In this document: one piece after another, positions 47,276 to 56,009 of the stretch
How the letters are laid out: every line of letters starts with the position of its first letter
Numbering within the stretch: the stretch's first letter is position 1
Virus record (IMG/VR): IMGVR_UViG_3300028549_003076
Coordinates: 1-64,000 of that record
Reading direction: 5' to 3' (one strand)
DNA from: a virus
DNA length: 64,000 bases
Position numbers and translations under genes: made by a program
Notes under the pieces: generated by a model
What the model saw: only the letters and a program-made list of their open reading frames with translations
Told to the model about the DNA's origin: nothing
The model's database searches: none

Positions 47276-48103
47276 ATGATACTTTACTTTTCAGGAGCAA
47301 AAAATTATTTAAGTGACCAACGTGATATTAATCAATCACTTGGAGGATATATGTCTTCAACTCCAATACCAAATGGAAGATTGAATGCAATATTTGATGA
47401 TTTATCAGAATATAAAAAAAATGTAGATTTTAAACAAGTTTTAGCAATATTCATACATAATGATTCAGAAAATGATATTACCAATTTAACAATTGAAAAT
47501 TTCTATCAAAGAATGTTTGCAGAAAAAACAAATTTGTGTGATTTTGAATTTTCAGTAATTGAACCTACTGATGATGGGCTTATAGAATTGATTGGGAATA
47601 AGAATGAGGAACCATATTATGTTGATTGGTTTTCTTGTGAAAGTGTTAAGGAGTTTTGTAAGTTTAAAATAACAACACCAGGAAATATAGGTGAACAAAT
47701 ATCTATTCTTGGAAATACTACAATATTACAACAAATTTCAACAGAGCATAGTACTGAAATGGTTTATCAAGCTGCTAAATTGAATACTGATTTTGTAATT
47801 GAAAGAAATGATTTGGAAATAATTATAACAAGAAAATCAAAAGAAATATTAAATAATGATATTCAATTTTCAACAAATGGATTAATGACTTTAACAAACC
47901 AAAATTTTTCAAACGGATTAAATGGAAAAGTTTTAATTGCCGATGTTCTTGAAAAACAAAAAAGTTTAGGTTTGTGGATAAAAAGAAAAATCAATAATGA
48001 AAATTTATTAAAATTGAAATCAAATTCTTGTGATATAGAAAATAAACTAAAATCTATAAAAAAAGAATTAATTGAGATTGAATTTGATTTTGTTGAGCCA
48101 TAA
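47276..48103 (+). CDS. hypothetical protein, last gene of the structural block
   Basis: 275-aa ORF followed by a terminator. No motif recognised. Confidence 0.5.
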   Translation: MILYFSGAKNYLSDQRDINQSLGGYMSSTPIPNGRLNAIFDDLSEYKKNVDFKQVLAIFIHNDSENDITNLTIENFYQRMFAEKTNLCDFEFSVIEPTDDGLIELIGNKNEEPYYVDWFSCESVKEFCKFKITTPGNIGEQISILGNTTILQQISTEHSTEMVYQAAKLNTDFVIERNDLEIIITRKSKEILNNDIQFSTNGLMTLTNQNFSNGLNGKVLIADVLEKQKSLGLWIKRKINNENLLKLKSNSCDIENKLKSIKKELIEIEFDFVEP

Positions 48104-48151
48104 AATCATTTTGTATTTTGGTTTAAATAGTAAAATCACATATTTATACGG

Positions 48152-48187
48152 AGTTGGAAGATATTATTTTGTCTTCCAACTTTTTTA
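48152..48187 (+). terminator. rho-independent terminator closing the structural module
   Basis: agttggaaga-tattattttg-tcttccaact followed by ttttt. Confidence 0.7.
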
Positions 48188-48406
48188 TTTAATTGAGTTA
48201 ATCAGCTATCAAAGTTTTTATATATGTGTTAAAATCACAGAGCACTTTTTGGGGAATTGTGTGCCTGTGATGCCTCAAATGATGTAATAATCATTTTTAT
48301 CCTTAATACTTTTCATACAGAACTTAATTTTACATTAAGGGGGAAAGGGGGATTTGTCTTTATGACCTTAATTTCTGCAATAATAATTTTAAAAAATCAT
48401 CAGAGC

Positions 48407-49900
48407 ATGATAACAATAACAAGAGTGAATTTACATAGGTGCAAGTTTGAATTCATAAAAAATAGTGAAAAAAGGATTATTGATGAAGTATTTAAAATTT
48501 TCATTGATGGAGCCATATTTTCAGATAAGTACAAGGAAGTTGATGAAAATGGCAAAAGAAAATGGGATGGTTTTCATACTTTTTATGATAAAAATCAGTT
48601 TTTTGACTTTGGACTTTTGAATGAATTAACAAATCACCTTAAAAAAAATAAAATAAGATTTGAATACAAAGATAGGTTCAAAGATAGATTTATAATTGAA
48701 GATTTACAAATTTCAAAAGAAATGCGTGAATATCAATCTGAATCAATTGTAGAATTTTTCAAATCAAATATAGGGATAATAATTGTTCCAACAAGAGGAG
48801 GAAAGACATTCATAGCATCTGAAATATCAAGATTGATGACTACAAGCATAAAAGATTTTAAAATTTTGTTTTATGTTGATTCAGTAGATTTATTCAATCA
48901 AGCTGTTGGAGACATATCAGACTATTTAAAAATTACAAAAGATGAAATTGGAATAATTAATTCAAGAAAAATGATTTTCAAAAATATTAATGTTGCAATG
49001 ATTCAAACTTGTGTTTCAATATTTTATGGAAAATCTAAAAATTTACAAAAAAGAAAGGATTTAACAAAATTTCTAAACAGTGTTGATTTTTTGATTGTTG
49101 ATGAAATTCATGACCAATCATCTTTAAAAAGAAAAAATTTATTTAAAAAATGTAAAAAATTGAAATTTCAATTAGGTTTATCAGCTACACCATACAAACA
49201 ATTAGATTTAATGTCAGCAATGAAGACAAAAGGTTTTTTTGGTGATGAATGTTATAGAGTTCAAAAAACAAGACTTCAAAAGGAGGGTCATTTATCTATT
49301 GATAAAGCAATCTTGATTGGAAATGAAGTTGATACTGATGAGGGTGAAACTTATCATGAGTTATTGACTAATCAAATTCATGAAAATGAAAAAAGAAATC
49401 AAATAATATATTCAATAATAAAAATTTGTAAAAAAAATAGGTGGAAAACACTTGTTCTATTTAATTCAAAAAAGCATGGTAGATTAATTTCAACAAGAAT
49501 TGATGAGAAATTTATTTGTGGTGATGACTCAACAGAAGTTAGGAATATTGAAAAAAATAGATTTTTGAAAGGTATTGGTAAGATTTTAATGGCTTCAAAT
49601 ATCTACAAAAAAGGAATAACATTACCAGAAGTTGAAGTTGTATTTTTAGCAGATGGAGGTTTTGAAGGAACTAATATTATACAAAAAATTGGACGTGTTT
49701 TAGGTTCAACAGAAAAAAAGAAAAAAAGTATTGTTATTGATATTTTAGATATTGGAAGCAAATATTTTAGTGAACATAGTTTAAATAGGTTACAAATATA
49801 TGATGAGGAGATTGGTAAAAAAAGGATTGAGATTTATGAAAAGTTAGATTTACCAGAAATTGAGTCATCAATAAAAGAATGGTTAAGTGCAAACAAGTAG
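48407..49900 (+). CDS. superfamily 2 DNA helicase (DEAH/ResIII-type)
   Basis: Motif I VPTRGGKTFIA, motif II LIVDEIHDQ, motif III LSATP, motif VI QKIGRVLGS. The ORF-track start at 48257 is a TTG in the intergenic region. ATGs at 48407 (preferred) or 48362. Confidence 0.8.
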   Translation: MITITRVNLHRCKFEFIKNSEKRIIDEVFKIFIDGAIFSDKYKEVDENGKRKWDGFHTFYDKNQFFDFGLLNELTNHLKKNKIRFEYKDRFKDRFIIEDLQISKEMREYQSESIVEFFKSNIGIIIVPTRGGKTFIASEISRLMTTSIKDFKILFYVDSVDLFNQAVGDISDYLKITKDEIGIINSRKMIFKNINVAMIQTCVSIFYGKSKNLQKRKDLTKFLNSVDFLIVDEIHDQSSLKRKNLFKKCKKLKFQLGLSATPYKQLDLMSAMKTKGFFGDECYRVQKTRLQKEGHLSIDKAILIGNEVDTDEGETYHELLTNQIHENEKRNQIIYSIIKICKKNRWKTLVLFNSKKHGRLISTRIDEKFICGDDSTEVRNIEKNRFLKGIGKILMASNIYKKGITLPEVEVVFLADGGFEGTNIIQKIGRVLGSTEKKKKSIVIDILDIGSKYFSEHSLNRLQIYDEEIGKKRIEIYEKLDLPEIESSIKEWLSANK

Positions 49901-49932
49901 AACAGAATTTAGGAAAATCGTAGATTATTTCA

Positions 49933-49943
49933 GAGAGTATTAT
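49933..49943 (+). promoter_or_regulatory. AGTATTAT box variant
   Basis: gagagtattat, ~44 nt upstream of the ATG at 49980. A related aaacaagtagaac overlaps the helicase stop. Confidence 0.25.
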
Positions 49944-49979
49944 CAAACTGTAACAAAAAATAAAGATTATAAAGTTACA

Positions 49980-50492
49980 ATGACTGATAATAAAGCAAAA
50001 CTTGTTGAAAATTTTATAATATCTTTTAAAAATCATTACAATACAAATTTACTTCAAGATGATATTTTAAAAAAGTATTTTGATTATCAATTCAATTATT
50101 GGTATAAAAAAGATGCTAAATATGGAAAAGGAACATCTATACAGCTTGAATGGATATTAGGAAAACAAGCAATAAAAAGATGGATTGATGTTGACAAAAA
50201 ACATTTAAGTTTTATTGTAAGAAAAAATTTGAAGAAACATAATGATTTTTCAAAAATAAAATTAAAAAAGAAATCTAAAAATTTAAAAATTTACACTGAA
50301 CTAAATGAATTTGAGGAAAATAAAAAGTCAAAGTTTTTAAATAAAGATATTGGATTGGAATATTGTTTACAAAATACTAATATGTATAATCATAAAAGTT
50401 TGAATTGTGTTTCTTGTAATTTTAGAAATGATTGTAAACAAAATTTAAAAGTTATTTATCCTATAATTTTTAAAATTAGAGGTTATGAGTGA
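49980..50492 (+). CDS. hypothetical protein
   Basis: First ATG in the ORF. The ORF-track start at 49887 is a GTG immediately after an in-frame TAA. No motif recognised. Confidence 0.5.
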   Translation: MTDNKAKLVENFIISFKNHYNTNLLQDDILKKYFDYQFNYWYKKDAKYGKGTSIQLEWILGKQAIKRWIDVDKKHLSFIVRKNLKKHNDFSKIKLKKKSKNLKIYTELNEFEENKKSKFLNKDIGLEYCLQNTNMYNHKSLNCVSCNFRNDCKQNLKVIYPIIFKIRGYE

Positions 50493-51021
50493 TTTAATTG
50501 GTAAAAGATTTAATAAAAGTATGACGTTTCATGAATCAGCAAAAATTCTTGGAACAAGTAATGTAAAGCTGTTAGAATTTTTAAGACAAAATGAAATTGT
50601 TTTTAAAGATAATGATAGGAATTTACCATATTCAAAATATCTTAATATGGGTTGGTTTGATGTTATTCAAGCCGATGTTGAGAATAAAACTTTTTCAGCA
50701 GTAATACCTATTGTTAGAATAACATCAAAAGGTTTTGAAAATATAAAAATATTGTTTTTAGACAAAGGTGATGAATATTTGAACTTTTATACAGAAAATA
50801 ATTTTATGTTTTATGTTGAAAAGTTTATAATTAATAAGATGTTAAAATTAGGTTTTAAAGTTGATTTAAAAAACAAGATTGATTTTATTAAAAAAAATAC
50901 TATCACTTATAATAAACACAACACAACCTCATATACCATATTTTTATTTGGAGATAATGGAGAAAAGATAAATTTAATAACGTATGATACAAAAAATAAA
51001 ACAATAAAGAAATATGAGTGA
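50485..51021 (+). CDS. ANT/KilAC-domain DNA-binding protein
   Basis: TFHESAKILGTSNVKLLEFLRQNEIVFKDNDRNLPYSKYLNMGWFDV fits the phage antirepressor KilAC/ANT pattern (AK.L....n.L..fLR...i......N.P.q.Y...G.F.v). Confidence 0.55.
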   Translation: MSDLIGKRFNKSMTFHESAKILGTSNVKLLEFLRQNEIVFKDNDRNLPYSKYLNMGWFDVIQADVENKTFSAVIPIVRITSKGFENIKILFLDKGDEYLNFYTENNFMFYVEKFIINKMLKLGFKVDLKNKIDFIKKNTITYNKHNTTSYTIFLFGDNGEKINLITYDTKNKTIKKYE

Positions 51022-52387
51022 CAATACCGCATTATCTGATACTTTTGTAGTTGAATTATTTAAAGCAGCTTTCAAAAATGAAAAACTTTTTGAAGTTTTA
51101 ATAAAACATTTAAAATACTCATATTTAACATTTGATTATGAAAAGAAATTTTGGAAGGAGTGTATAAACTCATTTTATGAAAAAAATCACCCTCCAACAC
51201 TTGGATTAGTACAAGCAAGATTGAGAAAACAAAATGATGTTGCTGACTTTATAACAGAAATAAGAACTGCTGATGATGTAAATTTAAAAGATTTATATGT
51301 AACATTTGAGGAATATATAAAGGAAAGTTTATATGTTGAAGCATTTGAAAAATCTGCTGAACTTTATAATAGAGGAGAACAAAATCAAGCACTTGAAACC
51401 TATAAAACAGGTGCTAAAAAAATTGAGTCATTTTCTATTCAAGACAAGATATATGAAAAACTTTTTGAAGATTTTGAAGAACGATTTTCAGACAGAACTA
51501 ATCCTGAAGAACATAATGAAAAATGTCCATTCTATATTGATGAACTTGATGAGCAAACTATGGGTGGAGCAGAGAGGGGTGAATCCGTACTTTTTTTGGC
51601 TGAATCAGGAATAGGAAAATCTCAATTATTAGTACATATTGCAGTAAGAACAGCTGCAGCTGGAGATAATGTAATGTTTTTTCAAATTGAAGGAACTAAA
51701 AAACAAGTCCTAACAAGAATGGATGCTGCTTGGTCAGGACTTCCATATCATGATGTGAAAATAGGTAGATATTCAGGAAATGATAGTGTTGCCATAAAAA
51801 GACGTGCTAAAATCAATACTGCTATTAAGAAAATGAAAGGAGAAGTTTATATTGAAGCATTTGAGAAGTTTGGTGGAATAACAACTATGGGGATAAAAAA
51901 TTCTATTCGTGAAGCAAAAAAACTTTATGGTGACATAAAAGTTGTTTGTATTGACTATTTAGAATTGTGTGATTTAGATGATGGAATTAAATGGACACCA
52001 AACATGGAACGTTTCAGACAACAAAAAATTGCACAACATTTTAAAGAAATTGCGATGGAGGAAAATGTAGCAATATTTACAGTAACACAAGCATCAAATT
52101 TATCATCTGATTTAAAAAATGACCCAAGTTTTTGTATGACCAGAGAATTTTTATCAGAAGACAAAGGGAAAATTCGTCCATTTGATTTTTTCTATACATT
52201 GAATCAAACTTGGGATGAAAAGAAAAACAGAAACGAAAAAAATGAACCTGCTTCAATTATTAGAATGTTTGCTGACAAAATTCGTGATTATGACTCTGGT
52301 CAAGTTACTCATATAGTTACAAATTTCAAAAGGTCAAGATTTTATGATAAAAACAGAACTGTTGAATATGTTTTAAATTTAGATTGA
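51014..52387 (+). CDS. DnaB-like replicative helicase
   Basis: RecA-like core with Walker A LFLAESGIGKSQLL and Walker B KVVCIDYLE. Followed directly by the primase gene. Confidence 0.8.
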   Translation: MSDNTALSDTFVVELFKAAFKNEKLFEVLIKHLKYSYLTFDYEKKFWKECINSFYEKNHPPTLGLVQARLRKQNDVADFITEIRTADDVNLKDLYVTFEEYIKESLYVEAFEKSAELYNRGEQNQALETYKTGAKKIESFSIQDKIYEKLFEDFEERFSDRTNPEEHNEKCPFYIDELDEQTMGGAERGESVLFLAESGIGKSQLLVHIAVRTAAAGDNVMFFQIEGTKKQVLTRMDAAWSGLPYHDVKIGRYSGNDSVAIKRRAKINTAIKKMKGEVYIEAFEKFGGITTMGIKNSIREAKKLYGDIKVVCIDYLELCDLDDGIKWTPNMERFRQQKIAQHFKEIAMEENVAIFTVTQASNLSSDLKNDPSFCMTREFLSEDKGKIRPFDFFYTLNQTWDEKKNRNEKNEPASIIRMFADKIRDYDSGQVTHIVTNFKRSRFYDKNRTVEYVLNLD

Positions 52388-52388
52388 T

Positions 52389-53333
52389 ATGACTATACCA
52401 CAAAGTGATTTAGAAAGTTTATTTGAAGCATATAGATTTGGAAATAATGGTGAGATGATAACAACTTGCCCTTATTGTTCAAAAGAAAAACATTTTTATA
52501 TAAATAGAAAAACACAACTTTTTGATTGTAAGAAATGTGGTGAAGATGGTAATATAATTAAATTGTTAAATTTTCTTGGTAAATTGTATTTACTTGGTGA
52601 CTTTAAAAGTATTGAAAGAAACAAAATAAAACTTTTAAGTGAATTCACACAAAATGAAATAATAACAGATTTAACAACTCCAATAAGAAAATTACCAATA
52701 GGATTCAAAAGGATTTTTGAAAATGATTATTTAAAAAGTAGAAAACTTGTAAAAAGAAATTTTGAAGACAATATAATAGGTATTACAAATTTGAAACCTA
52801 CATTAAAAAATTACATAATTTTCAGTATTGATGAACTTGATGGTTGCAAAGGTTTTGTATCAAGATTTACAAAACCAATACCAAGTGATATGAAAAACAT
52901 CATATTAAGATATAGAAATGACAAAGGTTGTAATTTTTCACATTTACTTTATGGATTTGAAAAAATAAATAAAAGTACAAAAACACTTATTTTAGTTGAA
53001 GGGTTGATTGATAAGATAACACTTGATAATTATTTAAGATTAGATTTACAAAATGAAATAAAGTCAGTTGCGACTTTTGGAAAAAAAATTTCACAATTTC
53101 AGATATTAAAGATGTTAGAGGCAGGTATTGAAAACATAATTTTAGTTTTTGATTATGATGCTATCAAAGAAATGAAAAAATACGGAATTGAGTTGAATAA
53201 TTACTTCAACGTTTTGATTGGATTTACATTTTCAAAAGATATAAATGATTCAACTGAAAAAGAAGTCAATTTAATTTTTGATAATTTAAAAACTGTTAAT
53301 GAATTTAACAGGAAAACTGTAAAGATGTTATAA
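52389..53333 (+). CDS. DNA primase (zinc ribbon + TOPRIM)
   Basis: CPYCSKEKHFYINRKTQLFDCKKCGEDG zinc ribbon. TOPRIM Glu in LILVEGLIDK and acidic pair in ILVFDYDA. Confidence 0.8.
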   Translation: MTIPQSDLESLFEAYRFGNNGEMITTCPYCSKEKHFYINRKTQLFDCKKCGEDGNIIKLLNFLGKLYLLGDFKSIERNKIKLLSEFTQNEIITDLTTPIRKLPIGFKRIFENDYLKSRKLVKRNFEDNIIGITNLKPTLKNYIIFSIDELDGCKGFVSRFTKPIPSDMKNIILRYRNDKGCNFSHLLYGFEKINKSTKTLILVEGLIDKITLDNYLRLDLQNEIKSVATFGKKISQFQILKMLEAGIENIILVFDYDAIKEMKKYGIELNNYFNVLIGFTFSKDINDSTEKEVNLIFDNLKTVNEFNRKTVKML

Positions 53334-53334
53334 T

Positions 53335-53760
53335 ATGAAAAAAAGTAGGGATATATCCATTTTAGATTTTTTAGAAAATTTACAACTTGAATATTTACTT
53401 TATGAATTGCGTTCAAAAATCTATCTTAAAAAAGATAATAAGCAAAAGTATAAAGAAATAATGCAATTCAAGGAGGATAAGATTTTTGATATATGTTCTA
53501 AAAACAATTTAAGAAACATTTTTAATGATGGTGAAATTCTACAAGAAATTGAATCCAAGTTTTATAATGAATTTGGAAATCCAAAGGAAATGACTAATCG
53601 TGATAAATATTTTTATTATTTAATAGGTAGTGATTTTTCATATAATGGTCAAGGTGTTAAATTGTTATCATATAATTTACAAAGTTATATTGCTACAATA
53701 GAGTTAAAAAATAAACAAAGTTTAAATGTTGATTTGAATTTCATAAAAAGAATTTTGTAA
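53335..53760 (+). CDS. hypothetical protein
   Basis: 141-aa ORF. No motif recognised. Confidence 0.5.
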   Translation: MKKSRDISILDFLENLQLEYLLYELRSKIYLKKDNKQKYKEIMQFKEDKIFDICSKNNLRNIFNDGEILQEIESKFYNEFGNPKEMTNRDKYFYYLIGSDFSYNGQGVKLLSYNLQSYIATIELKNKQSLNVDLNFIKRIL

Positions 53761-53779
53761 ATTTTCCAATAAAATAAAC

Positions 53780-53862
53780 ACTTTGTAAAAAAAGTTTGAA
53801 AATTTACAAAAAAAGTTTGAAAAAAATTTTGTTTGTATTGTAAATTATTAGTACCTTTACCC
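53780..53862 (+). promoter_or_regulatory. candidate host-type promoter with upstream direct repeats
   Basis: ttgtaaattattagtacctttac (53838-53860) matches 2624-2648. Two 16-nt repeats aaaaaaagtttgaaaa lie at 53787-53802 and 53808-53823. actttgtaaa is shared with 2602-2611. Confidence 0.45.
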
Positions 53863-53895
53863 AAGAATTAATTTTTAATTGTAAATATTTTTAAA

Positions 53896-54141
53896 ATGGA
53901 CAATAATAAGAACGAAATTAAACAAGTCAAAAAGACTATAATTTCACAGAGAAACACCCAAGTTGTAATTGAAAAGAAAATTACTGTTAAGGTAGGTGAT
54001 AAGATTGAATACATTTCAAACTTTGATGATTCAGGAAATATAAAAGATTATAGTTTATATCATAATGATGATATGATTTGTAAACTTAAAGAAGATGAGT
54101 TGATTGAGTTTATAGAATTATTCATGCAAAATCCTATCTAA
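53896..54141 (+). CDS. hypothetical protein
   Basis: 81-aa ORF, first gene after the promoter-like box. Confidence 0.5.
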   Translation: MDNNKNEIKQVKKTIISQRNTQVVIEKKITVKVGDKIEYISNFDDSGNIKDYSLYHNDDMICKLKEDELIEFIELFMQNPI

Positions 54142-54142
54142 T

Positions 54143-54763
54143 ATGAGAAAAGTTGATGAATTTTATAATAAATTTGCACATCTTGCTGATTATTATGCTT
54201 CAAAAATTTGGAAAGAGGGGAATATTGGAATGGAAAGAGAAGACATTAAACAAGAAATGCGTATCAAATTATTTTTAGCAATTAAAAGTTATGCTAAAAA
54301 ATGGCAAGAGTATAAAGAAACTGGAAAATGTAAACCTATTCCTATTGAGTTTTATTTAAAAACAACAATGATTAACAAGTCCAGAGACTTCATAAAAGAA
54401 ATTTCAAAAGCAGACTTTGTTTGTATTGATGATATGAAAATAAATAATTATACTCATTTAGATACTGTTGAAATTTCTAAAACTGAAATAAAAGTAGGGA
54501 ATCAAAATTTAACTGAACTTTTTGAAGATGTTGTTCAAAAAAGATGTATGAAAGCATACTTTATAAATAATTTTGATTTGAAAAAAGTTATTGATTTTTC
54601 AGATAAGTTAGTATCAAATAATGTAATACAAAATGCTTACAATCAAGGTAAAATATCATTCATCAAAGATACGGAAAATCAAATTTTAAAAGATAAAAAG
54701 AATTTTGTAAAGGAATTGGTTAATGATGGGCTTGAAAAAATAAAATCATTTCTACAAGAATAA
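54143..54763 (+). CDS. sigma-70 region-2-like transcription factor (gp55-like minimal sigma), tentative
   Basis: EREDIKQEMRIKLFLAIKSY...PIEFYLKTTMINKSRDFIKE parallels sigma region 2.1-2.4 (DL.QEg...L..a...f....F.tYa...I.n...d..R). No convincing region 4. Confidence 0.45.
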   Translation: MRKVDEFYNKFAHLADYYASKIWKEGNIGMEREDIKQEMRIKLFLAIKSYAKKWQEYKETGKCKPIPIEFYLKTTMINKSRDFIKEISKADFVCIDDMKINNYTHLDTVEISKTEIKVGNQNLTELFEDVVQKRCMKAYFINNFDLKKVIDFSDKLVSNNVIQNAYNQGKISFIKDTENQILKDKKNFVKELVNDGLEKIKSFLQE

Positions 54764-54831
54764 AATTTACAGAGTTTATAATTACAAACAATAAATATTA
54801 AAATAGTATTAACATAATTAAATTTAGAAAA

Positions 54832-55914
54832 ATGGCAACAAAGTCAAAAAAATCGGAAAGTGCAAGTTTATCAAAAGAACAAATTGCACAACTTAAACAA
54901 ATTGGAATTACAGGTTGTAAAACTGAAGCTGATTCAAGAGAAAAAATGGTTGAAAAACTTGCTGAGCAAGGTATTGAAGATGAAGGAGAAACTTGGGAGG
55001 AATTACTTGATATTAGTATGACATTATTTGCTGATGAAGTAGATAATGATGAACTTGCTGAAGAAATTGCTGAAGAGGAAACAAAACCTGCTAAAAAATC
55101 TTCAAAGAAACCTGCTCCTGTTGAAGAGGAAGAAGATGGCGATGAAGAAGAAGATGGCGATGAAGAAGAAGATGGCGATGAAGAAGATGGTGACGATGAT
55201 TCAGATGATGATGATGATTCAGATGATGACGATGATGAGGAAGAAGTTGTTGAAACTAAAAAATCTTCAAAGAAATCTTCAAAAGTTGAAGAAACTAAAA
55301 AATCAACATCTAAAAAAGAAGTTGCAAAAGTTGAACCAAAAAAGAAAAAAGAAAAAACTGCATCAGGCAAAAGATTGAATCCGAAGGATAATTCAGATGA
55401 TGCTGCAAAATATGATGTTTTCAAAAATGCAATATCTAAATTAGGAGATTTTGCTTTGAATTATCTTACAAATGGAGGTTTTTCAGTAATCCATAATGGT
55501 GAGAACAGTAAAAAAGTTTTATTATCTTTTGACTCTCCTAAATTAACTGATGATGGAATAATCGGAAGAGTTTATATTCCAACTTTGCGTGATGAAGACA
55601 AACTATCAGAATTGTTTGGTGATGATTTTGAAATCAAAACATCTTGGTCAGGAAATAAATTAGTTACAAATTATCCTTTGTCTAATTTAGTTGAAACTTT
55701 AAAATCAAATGCTGATGAGTTCAAATCAATTCTTGGAGGAATCAAGAAAAAAGATGAGAAGTTAGGAAAAAATCGTGCAAAGATGGAAGAGCAATTAAAA
55801 GAAACCAAAGACAAAAAAGTTGCTGATATAAAATCAAAATCTAAAACAACATCTAAAAAAGAAGTTGAAGAGGAAGTTGAAGTTGTAAAAACAAAATCCA
55901 AAAAGAAAAAATAA
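54832..55914 (+). CDS. highly acidic repeat protein of unknown function
   Basis: 360 aa. Central EEEEDGDEEEDGDEEEDGDEEDGDDDSDDDDDSDDDDDEEE flanked by Lys-rich stretches. Globular-looking C-terminal half. Confidence 0.6.
   Translation: MATKSKKSESASLSKEQIAQLKQIGITGCKTEADSREKMVEKLAEQGIEDEGETWEELLDISMTLFADEVDNDELAEEIAEEETKPAKKSSKKPAPVEEEEDGDEEEDGDEEEDGDEEDGDDDSDDDDDSDDDDDEEEVVETKKSSKKSSKVEETKKSTSKKEVAKVEPKKKKEKTASGKRLNPKDNSDDAAKYDVFKNAISKLGDFALNYLTNGGFSVIHNGENSKKVLLSFDSPKLTDDGIIGRVYIPTLRDEDKLSELFGDDFEIKTSWSGNKLVTNYPLSNLVETLKSNADEFKSILGGIKKKDEKLGKNRAKMEEQLKETKDKKVADIKSKSKTTSKKEVEEEVEVVKTKSKKKK
55126..55246 (+). repeat. coding tandem repeat (18-nt unit gaagaagaagatggcgat x3 plus degenerate copies)
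   Basis: Copies at 55126-55143 (one mismatch), 55144-55161 and 55162-55179, followed by gat-rich degenerate units. Confidence 0.85.
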
Positions 55915-55934
55915 TTTTTAACAACTAATTTAAA

Positions 55935-55965
55935 ATCTCCTTATGAAAATAAGGGGATTTTTTTA
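55935..55965 (+). terminator. rho-independent terminator
   Basis: atctccttat-gaaa-ataaggggat followed by ttttttt. Confidence 0.7.
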
Positions 55966-56009
55966 TTACCAAAGTTTATTATTTAAAGTATAATTAAAAT
56001 CATAATAAC

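Noticed and set aside
48257-48406. 5' extension of the helicase ORF from a TTG at 48257 (MCACDASNDV...), and the ORF 48072-48287
   Set aside because: The extension is hydrophobic low-information sequence crossing an intergenic region. ORF 48072-48287 spans the terminator. Helicase homology starts well downstream, and ATGs at 48362/48407 are available.
54798-55424. 208-aa Ser-rich ORF on the minus strand, plus the + strand alternative-frame ORF 55046-55378
   Set aside because: Both are reading-frame echoes of the GAA/GAT tandem repeats that encode the acidic protein 54832-55914. They are low-complexity only, have no independent start context, and are fully nested.
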